In this document: positions 55,093-61,899 of the stretch, one piece after another
Numbering within the stretch: position 1 is the stretch's first letter
How the letters are laid out: each line of letters starts with the position of its first letter
Assembly: GCA_047971285.1 (NCBI GenBank)
Contig: JBKDZO010000066.1
Coordinates: 2,491-66,490, forward strand
Length of the DNA stretch: 64,000 bases
Direction of reading: 5' to 3'
From: Beutenbergiaceae bacterium
Lineage (GTDB): Bacteria > Actinomycetota > Actinomycetes > Actinomycetales > Beutenbergiaceae
Notes under the pieces: generated by a model
The model's database searches: none
Told to the model about the DNA's origin: nothing
The model's input: only the letters and a program-made list of their open reading frames with translations
Made by a program: the position numbers and the translations under genes

Positions 55093-56349
55093 ATGACTGA
55101 CGCTGCTGCCGCTGCTGCACCGCTTGAGCCGCCGGAGGCCGACGATGTGCTCACGCTCGACGCCCCAGAGCCGGTCGATGCCGTCACCACGACAGCAGCA
55201 CCGGCCATGGCGCCCAAGGTGGCACCGGAAATGGTCGAGGCACTGACCGCCAAGGCCGATTCCTACCTCGACGCACTGCTCGCCAGCGACACCAAGTCCC
55301 CGGAATACGCCAATCAGGCGGACTCGGTCCGGACCATGGGCGATCAGGACATCCGCCGCGCCGCGTCGGTCTCGAACCGGCTGCTGGCAACCCCGGTCAA
55401 GGAGATCAAGAGCGGTGGCCTGTCTGAATCGGGCACCGTCGGGCAATCGTTGGTGGCGTTGCGGCGCATGGTGGAAGATCTGGACCCCAGCGAGGCCAGC
55501 GTGGGCCGCAAGATCCTCGGTTTCATCCCCTTCGGTGACAAGCTCACCGACTACTTCCGCAGGTATGAGTCCTCGCAGGACCAACTCGATGCGATCATCA
55601 GATCGCTGTACAACGGCCAGGACGAACTGCGCAAGGACAACGCGGCCCTCAATCTGGAGAAGCGGAACCTGTGGGACACCATGGGCCGGCTGAACCAGTA
55701 CATCTACATGGCCGAGCGGATCGACGCCATGCTGTCTGCCAAAATCGCCGAGTTGGACAGTACCGATCCGGAACGTGCGAAGGCGCTGCGGGAAGACGTG
55801 CTGTTCTACGTGCGGCAAAAGCACCAGGACCTGCTGACGCAACTCGCCGTCTCGATCCAGGGCTACCTGGCGATGGACATCATCATCAAGAACAACCTGG
55901 AATTGATCAAAGGTGTGGACCGAGCCACAACCACCACCCTGTCGGCGCTGCGAACCGCCGTCATCGTGGCGCAGGCGCTGGCCAATCAGAAACTTGTGCT
56001 GGACCAGATCACTGCCTTGAACACCACCACCTCCAACCTCATCGTGGCCACCTCCAAGATGCTGGCCGACAACTCGGCGGACATCCAGGAGCAAGCTGCC
56101 AGCGCCACCGTGGGCATCGACGAACTGCAACAAGCCTTCGCCAACATCTATACGACGCTGGACAGCATCTCCACGTTCAAGGTGGCCGCACTGGACTCGA
56201 TGGCCCAAACGGTGGGCGTGCTGCAGACCGAGACCGCCAAGGCCAACGACTACCTGGAGCGCAGCCGCCGCTCCGAGCGGGCCGAATTGCAGGGCGGGGA
56301 ACTCAACGTCGACGGGCTGAACCTCGGCCCGGCCCAGGGCAACCGCTGA
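55093..56349 (+). CDS. TelA-like toxic anion resistance family protein
   Basis: Long helical protein with TelA-like segments (YLDALLASDTKSPEYANQADSVRTMGDQDIRRAA ... LDAIIRSLYNGQDELRKDNAAL). ATG 55093 was chosen. Confidence 0.85.
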   Translation: MTDAAAAAAPLEPPEADDVLTLDAPEPVDAVTTTAAPAMAPKVAPEMVEALTAKADSYLDALLASDTKSPEYANQADSVRTMGDQDIRRAASVSNRLLATPVKEIKSGGLSESGTVGQSLVALRRMVEDLDPSEASVGRKILGFIPFGDKLTDYFRRYESSQDQLDAIIRSLYNGQDELRKDNAALNLEKRNLWDTMGRLNQYIYMAERIDAMLSAKIAELDSTDPERAKALREDVLFYVRQKHQDLLTQLAVSIQGYLAMDIIIKNNLELIKGVDRATTTTLSALRTAVIVAQALANQKLVLDQITALNTTTSNLIVATSKMLADNSADIQEQAASATVGIDELQQAFANIYTTLDSISTFKVAALDSMAQTVGVLQTETAKANDYLERSRRSERAELQGGELNVDGLNLGPAQGNR

Positions 56350-56353
56350 CACG

Positions 56354-56860
56354 ATGGGCTGGTGGGACGATTTCGGGCGCAAGCTGCGCGGGGAGCCGGA
56401 ACCGATCGTGCTGCCCGAGCTCGCACCGGCCCCGACCGGTGAGGAGATTCTGGCCTCGGTCGAACGGGTCCGGGGCCAAGTCGCCGGGACGGTGCCGCCG
56501 GCTGTCGCCGCACGCGTCGAACGCATCGCCCGGACGGTGACCGAGATGGTGCCCCGCCTGGATCGGTTGGGTATGGGAAGCCAGCAGGCGCATACCGTGG
56601 TGGCCACCGCGACCAGCTATCTACCTGAAGCCGTGGGCGCGTACCTGCGGCTGCCGCGTAGTTTCGCCGACACCCGCGTGGTCGCCGACGGCAAGACCTC
56701 GCTGATGCTGCTGGTGGACCAGCTCGACCTGCTCGGCGCGACCCTGACGCAGATCTCGGACGCCGTATCACGCCAGGATGCCAATGCGCTGATCGCGCAC
56801 GGGGCCTTCCTGGAGGAGAAATTCTCCCGATCCTCCATCACACCTCCCGGAGCACCATGA
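56354..56860 (+). CDS. hypothetical soluble protein (168 aa)
   Basis: The ATG lies 4 nt after the TelA stop, and the 3' end makes an ATGA overlap with the AAA+ gene. High GC3, no TM segment, no motif I recognise. Confidence 0.6.
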   Translation: MGWWDDFGRKLRGEPEPIVLPELAPAPTGEEILASVERVRGQVAGTVPPAVAARVERIARTVTEMVPRLDRLGMGSQQAHTVVATATSYLPEAVGAYLRLPRSFADTRVVADGKTSLMLLVDQLDLLGATLTQISDAVSRQDANALIAHGAFLEEKFSRSSITPPGAP

Positions 56861-58497
56861 CCAACCTGACCCTCGCGCAAGCGCTGGCGGAACTTGAACA
56901 GGTGGCTAAGCAGGCTGGTCTGCCGGCGGGCGTGGCCCGCGACGAAGGCAAACGGCTCGCGGCTGCTGTTGCCGAATCCGCGCCGGGAGCACCGGCGCAC
57001 TGGCTGGAGCAGACCGGTGGCGGGGACCTGAGCGAGTTCTTCACGGCCGCCTCTGCCGGTCGCCGCTGGCGCAGCACACCCACCGACGCGCTGGTCCACC
57101 TGCGCGGCGGACCGTATGCCGCCCGCTACGCGCAGGCACTGGCCGAGGTGGTGCGTGCCGGTGCCGCCCTGGGTGAACCTGGACCCCACGTCGCCCCCCG
57201 GGCAGCGGCCACGGTTGCCGTGCAACTGGGTGGTCCGACACCACCGACGCAGGATGCCTTCTCTCGTCCGGTCATGAATCCAAGCAGTGCCGGTGCGGCC
57301 GCGCTGACGGACCTGCTCCGGGCTGGCCCCGGGCCGGACTTGAGTGCGCTGCCAGTCTCGGGCCTGGAACCGGCCGTTCCCAGTGTGGGCTCGATCCTCA
57401 ATGCCCTGGGTGCGGACACCGCCAGGCCTGGGGATCCGGCCACCGAGACGTTCCGGGCCGCTGCCCCCGACTCCGCCGATGTTGCGCAACCGGCGGCGCA
57501 GCAGGAACAGGCTGCCCAGGCTGACGTGGCCGAAGAGCCCGAGGAACTACCGACGCTGCCCGAACTGCTCGACGAGCTCGATGCCCTGACCGGGCTGGAA
57601 ACCGTGAAGGCACAGGTACGCCGCCAGGTGGAGCTGCTCCGGATAGAGCAGTTGCGCGTCGACGCGGGCCTGACCAGCCCCACGTTGACCCGGCACCTGG
57701 TGTTCGTGGGCAACCCCGGCACCGGGAAGACGACGGTGGCGCGGTTGATCGCGGGGATCTACCGGGCGTTGGGGCTGCTGTCCAGCGGCCATCTGGTGGA
57801 GGTCGACCGATCCGAACTGGTGGCCGGGTACCTGGGCCAGACCGCCATCAAGACCGCGGAACTGGTGGCCACGGCTGTCGGTGGGGTGTTGTTCGTCGAC
57901 GAAGCCTATGCACTGACCGAATCCAAGGGTGCCAGCGGGGCGGACAGCTACGGTCAAGAAGCGGTCAACACCCTGGTCAAGGAGATGGAGGACCATCGCG
58001 ATGATCTGGTGGTGATCGTGGCCGGCTACCCGGTCCCCATGGCGCAGTTCATCGCGGCGAATCCGGGATTGGAATCCCGGTTCTCGACGACCATCGATTT
58101 CGATGACTACACCGACACCGAGCTGCGCACCATCTTCGAGTCGATGGCGCAATCGGCGGATTTTGAACCGACCGAACGGGCACTGGAACGAGTGGAGGAG
58201 ATCTGCTCGGTGCAACTGCGTGATTCCTCGTTCGGCAACGCGCGGTTCGTGCGCAACCTGCTTGATGCCTCGATCATCCGGCATGCCTGGCGGCTGCGGG
58301 ACGTGACCGAGCCGAGCATCGACGAACTGCGGCGCCTGCTTCCGGAGGATTTAGTGCCCGAGTCCGAGGACCCTGAGGCAGGACCGTCCCCCGACGACGG
58401 CATCCACAGCACGCAGCAGCACGAGCCGGACCCGGCGGTCCCGACGCCACCCGCCGACGTACCTGCACCGACCACTGACCTTGGGGAGGACGCGTGA
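56857..58497 (+). CDS. CbxX/CfxQ/SpoVK-type AAA+ ATPase with a large novel N-terminal region
   Basis: Walker A FVGNPGTGKTTVAR, Walker B VLFVDEAYAL and GYPVPMAQFIAANPGLESRF, as in the CbxX/EccA class. The roughly 230-aa Ala/Pro-rich N-terminus is unassigned. Confidence 0.88.
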   Translation: MTNLTLAQALAELEQVAKQAGLPAGVARDEGKRLAAAVAESAPGAPAHWLEQTGGGDLSEFFTAASAGRRWRSTPTDALVHLRGGPYAARYAQALAEVVRAGAALGEPGPHVAPRAAATVAVQLGGPTPPTQDAFSRPVMNPSSAGAAALTDLLRAGPGPDLSALPVSGLEPAVPSVGSILNALGADTARPGDPATETFRAAAPDSADVAQPAAQQEQAAQADVAEEPEELPTLPELLDELDALTGLETVKAQVRRQVELLRIEQLRVDAGLTSPTLTRHLVFVGNPGTGKTTVARLIAGIYRALGLLSSGHLVEVDRSELVAGYLGQTAIKTAELVATAVGGVLFVDEAYALTESKGASGADSYGQEAVNTLVKEMEDHRDDLVVIVAGYPVPMAQFIAANPGLESRFSTTIDFDDYTDTELRTIFESMAQSADFEPTERALERVEEICSVQLRDSSFGNARFVRNLLDASIIRHAWRLRDVTEPSIDELRRLLPEDLVPESEDPEAGPSPDDGIHSTQQHEPDPAVPTPPADVPAPTTDLGEDA

Positions 58498-59765
58498 GCG
58501 CACTCGTCACGCAACCGGCGCGCCCGGCCCAGCCGCAGGCGCAGCAGCAACCGAACGGGCCCTCTGGCGGAGGTTTCGCCTCGGCCAGGCGGATCACCGT
58601 CATCTCGATCACTGCGGTGGTCGTGTGCCTGCTCGTGGCCATCGGGGGGTTCATCGCCGCCCAACGGCAGGCGGCGGGTATGGATCGTGCGGTGCAGAAC
58701 ACCGGCCGAGTGCTGGATGTGATGAACCTCGGCATCGCCCTGCTGGAAGCCGACGGTGCCGCCACCAACGCCTTCCTGGTGGGCGGGCTGGAGCCGGTGG
58801 AACGCCGCGCCGTCTACGACGAATCGATCGCAGAGGCCGCGACGCTTCTGGCCGGGCTGGCCGAAGGTGCCGAGTCGGATTCCGAGAGGCTGGCGGCACT
58901 CAACGTCAACCTGGTCACCTATACCGGCTTGGTGGAGGCCGCCCGGGTCAACAACCGGCTCGGCTTCCCGGTCGGTTCGGCGTACCTGGATCAGGCATCC
59001 ACTCTCATGCGCGAGGTGATGCTGAAGCAGGTCGATGGCCTGCTGGAGACAGCCGCCGATGAGGCTGCAGGCGACTTCTCCGCTAGCAACTGGGTGTTCG
59101 GCCTGCTCGCCGTTCTCGCGGTTGCCGTCGTGGCACTGGTGTGGTGCCAGTATCAGCTCGCGAGCATCACCAAACGACGCTTGAACCGTGGCCTGGTCTT
59201 GGCCTCGGCGCTGCTGATCATTGCGTTCATCACCACCCAGGTCGCCGCCGTCGGCGCTGCGAACGCCGTCAACGACGCACGTACCGAGGTCTACCGGCCC
59301 ACCCTGGCGGTGGCGCAGGCCACTGTGCTGGCGTCACAGGCACGTTCGCTGGAGTCGTTCACGCTGATCAAACGCGGTTCAGGCCAGGCCTATGAGGAAG
59401 AGTTCCAGGAGCTGACCGCCGAGGCGGCCCAGGTGCTGCCCGCGAGCCACCACCAGTTGGCTCCGCTGCTCTCGGACTGGGTCAGCGGACACAATGAGAT
59501 CCGGGCACTGGACGATGCCGGTGACTGGGACGGCGCGGTGGAACTGGCTGTGAGTACAGCTCCGGACAGCCCGTCGGTTGCCTTTGAGGTGTTCATCGGC
59601 CAGGCCACCGACGCGATCGTCGAGGAGTCGGACACCCTGAGCAGGACCCTGGCCGACGGTGCGTGGTCCGCATCGTTGACAGCATGGTCATTGGCAGTGC
59701 TGGGTTTGCTGGCGGTGGTGGTCGGCTGGCGCGGACTGGCTGTGCGGCGGGAGGAGTACCGATGA
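58494..59765 (+). CDS. glnX: GlnX-like four-TM membrane protein with two extracytoplasmic helical domains
   Basis: Four hydrophobic spans: ITAVVVCLLVAIGGFIAA, WVFGLLAVLAVAVVALVW, LVLASALLIIAFITTQVAAVGA and AWSLAVLGLLAVVVGW. They bracket two helical domains of about 150 aa each. Position immediately upstream of glnH, with GTGA and ATGA overlaps. Confidence 0.65.
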   Translation: MSALVTQPARPAQPQAQQQPNGPSGGGFASARRITVISITAVVVCLLVAIGGFIAAQRQAAGMDRAVQNTGRVLDVMNLGIALLEADGAATNAFLVGGLEPVERRAVYDESIAEAATLLAGLAEGAESDSERLAALNVNLVTYTGLVEAARVNNRLGFPVGSAYLDQASTLMREVMLKQVDGLLETAADEAAGDFSASNWVFGLLAVLAVAVVALVWCQYQLASITKRRLNRGLVLASALLIIAFITTQVAAVGAANAVNDARTEVYRPTLAVAQATVLASQARSLESFTLIKRGSGQAYEEEFQELTAEAAQVLPASHHQLAPLLSDWVSGHNEIRALDDAGDWDGAVELAVSTAPDSPSVAFEVFIGQATDAIVEESDTLSRTLADGAWSASLTAWSLAVLGLLAVVVGWRGLAVRREEYR

Positions 59766-60754
59766 AGCACCTGCGTTCTTCGCGCTCACGGCGCCCTTGG
59801 GCGGTGCTGGCGCTGACGGTGGCACTGGTGGGCGGCTTGGGCGCGTGCAACCTTGACACCGGGCTGGATGACTTGGGCGGCGAATCGCCGGAGCCTACCG
59901 AGACCGACGACGGTGGCTCAGGTTCGGGACCCACCACCACGGTGACCTGTGACGATCCGGTGCAGTCCTATGAACCGACGGAGGCCTTGCCCAGCCCCGG
60001 CGTCATGCCCGCCGGTAGCACCATGGCCACCATTGCCGAGCGTGGTTCCCTGATCGTCGGTGTCTCTGCGGACACCCTGCTCATGGGGTCCCGGAACCCG
60101 TTCACCGGGGAGATCGAAGGCTTCGACATCGACATTCTGCGGGAGGTGTCCCGCGCGATCTTCGGAGACCCCGATCGGCTGCAATTCCGGGTCATCACCT
60201 CGGCGCAGCGCATCGAGGTGCTGACGGCGGGAGAGGTGGACGTGGTGGCGCGCGCGTTCACGATCACCTGCGCCCGGTGGGAGGAGATCGCGTTCTCGGC
60301 CGAGTACTACCACTCCGGCCAGAAGGTGCTGGTGGCTGCGGGCTCGCCCGTGCTGGGGTTGGACGACCTGGCCGGGAACCGGGTGTGCGCGCCGGCCGGG
60401 ACCACCACGTTGGCCAGGCTGGGGGACTACCCGGAGGTGACCGCCGTCCCCGCACCCACCCATAGCCAGTGCTTGGCGCTGTTCCAGCAGGGCAAGGTCG
60501 ATGCGATCACCGGCGATGACACCATTCTCGCGGGCTTCGCTGCTCAGGACCCGTACGCGCAGGTTGTGGGTGATCCGATCAGCGACGAGCCCTACGGCCT
60601 GGGCATCCCGCCGGAGAACCGCGACATGGTGCGGTTCGTCAATGGCGTGCTGGAGCAGATCGTGGCCGATGGTACGTGGACCGAGATCTACGACCGGTGG
60701 CTGGACGGCCTGGGCCCAGCACCCACGCCGCCGGTACCGGTGTACGGGCGGTAG
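59762..60754 (+). CDS. glnH: GlnH-like amino-acid (Asp/Glu-type) binding lipoprotein
   Basis: Signal peptide plus the lipobox LGACN. Family-3 solute-binding motifs (GSLIVGVSADTLLMG ... GFDIDILREV ... VDVVARAFTIT). No cognate permease or ATPase nearby, consistent with a sensor role. Confidence 0.85.
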   Translation: MKHLRSSRSRRPWAVLALTVALVGGLGACNLDTGLDDLGGESPEPTETDDGGSGSGPTTTVTCDDPVQSYEPTEALPSPGVMPAGSTMATIAERGSLIVGVSADTLLMGSRNPFTGEIEGFDIDILREVSRAIFGDPDRLQFRVITSAQRIEVLTAGEVDVVARAFTITCARWEEIAFSAEYYHSGQKVLVAAGSPVLGLDDLAGNRVCAPAGTTTLARLGDYPEVTAVPAPTHSQCLALFQQGKVDAITGDDTILAGFAAQDPYAQVVGDPISDEPYGLGIPPENRDMVRFVNGVLEQIVADGTWTEIYDRWLDGLGPAPTPPVPVYGR

Positions 60755-60762
60755 CGGGCTTG

Positions 60763-61899
60763 ATGAACACCGAATCGTACGTGTCCGGCAGACTGCCCCG
60801 ACCACCGGGTCAACTTGGGCAGGCGGCGAGCGCCACCGAGCTGCTGCAGTTCCTGGAGCAGTTGCTGGACTGGTTGGAACGCACCCGGGGTGAACTGGAC
60901 CGGCTGGATGAGCTGGCCAGCCAGAGCCCCGCCGCCGGCAGCTACACCAGCGATGTGGTGCTAGCGATGGCGTTGTGGCAAGCGCTGCGTACCCGCGCCG
61001 ACGCAGTGATGGACGAATGGGACTCCGGCAGAGCCGATCAGATCGGCCGGGAACGGATCTCCGAACTAATCTGGGGCCGGCTCGGTGCCGGGGCGCTGGA
61101 CGTGACCCTGCCCGAGGGCGCGCGCCTGGTCGATGCGCTGATCGCTCAGCTGCGGGAGGGTCTGGCCGTCGACCCGGCAACCACCGAGCTGCTGAGCCGG
61201 TTGCGGCGGGTCAAGGCCGAGCTCGTCCGGTGCGAGGACCTTGTCGGTTCCAGTACCGGTGCCCAGGAGGTCGAACAGCTGCGCTCCCTGACCGGCCGCG
61301 AGCAGCGGCTGCGCGCCGACGCCGAACGGGGAGCCGACGTCACCGGCCGGCTGGCCGAGCTGGAGGCCGCAACCGCGGGCCTGCACCGCGACCTGCTGGT
61401 CTCGGTGGCCCAGTCCGGGGAGTTGCGCCGGGATCGGGCGCACGCACAGGAATTGCAGCAGAGCCTGATCGCCCGCCGGCCGATGCTGCTGGAACTGGAA
61501 GCACGGTGCCGGCGGGAGATCGCCGATCCACCGAGATTGGCGATACCCGACGCCTCCCGGCTGGGTGAGCCGCCGGCCGACCGCGCCGGGGTGGATGCGT
61601 ACATGGCGCGCCTGGATGCTGCCTCCCGCGCGGTGGCCGCAGCGGAGGCCGCCTATGCCGCGCCGCTGCGGGAGCGAGCGTCCTTGCGCTACCGGCTGGC
61701 GCAGGCTCAGGCATTGGCGCAGGCGCACGGCCGCGATGACTCAGCCACCGTGCAGGCGGCCGCAACCGAGGCCACCGGGGCCCTGGATGCGCTGCCCTGT
61801 GATGTGCTGATGGCACGGGCGCTGGTGGGGCAGTACGAGTACGTGGCGGCCCCGCTGAATCTTGATCGAGGGGCAGAAGTGGCTGGAGGTCAACGGTGA
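60763..61899 (+). CDS. hypothetical Ala/Leu/Arg-rich coiled-coil protein inserted between glnH and pknG
   Basis: The ATG lies 8 nt after the glnH stop, and its own stop overlaps the pknG GTG (GTGA). No TM segment. Long heptad-like helices (LRSLTGREQRLRADAERGADVTGRLAELEAATAGLHRDL). Confidence 0.6.
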   Translation: MNTESYVSGRLPRPPGQLGQAASATELLQFLEQLLDWLERTRGELDRLDELASQSPAAGSYTSDVVLAMALWQALRTRADAVMDEWDSGRADQIGRERISELIWGRLGAGALDVTLPEGARLVDALIAQLREGLAVDPATTELLSRLRRVKAELVRCEDLVGSSTGAQEVEQLRSLTGREQRLRADAERGADVTGRLAELEAATAGLHRDLLVSVAQSGELRRDRAHAQELQQSLIARRPMLLELEARCRREIADPPRLAIPDASRLGEPPADRAGVDAYMARLDAASRAVAAAEAAYAAPLRERASLRYRLAQAQALAQAHGRDDSATVQAAATEATGALDALPCDVLMARALVGQYEYVAAPLNLDRGAEVAGGQR

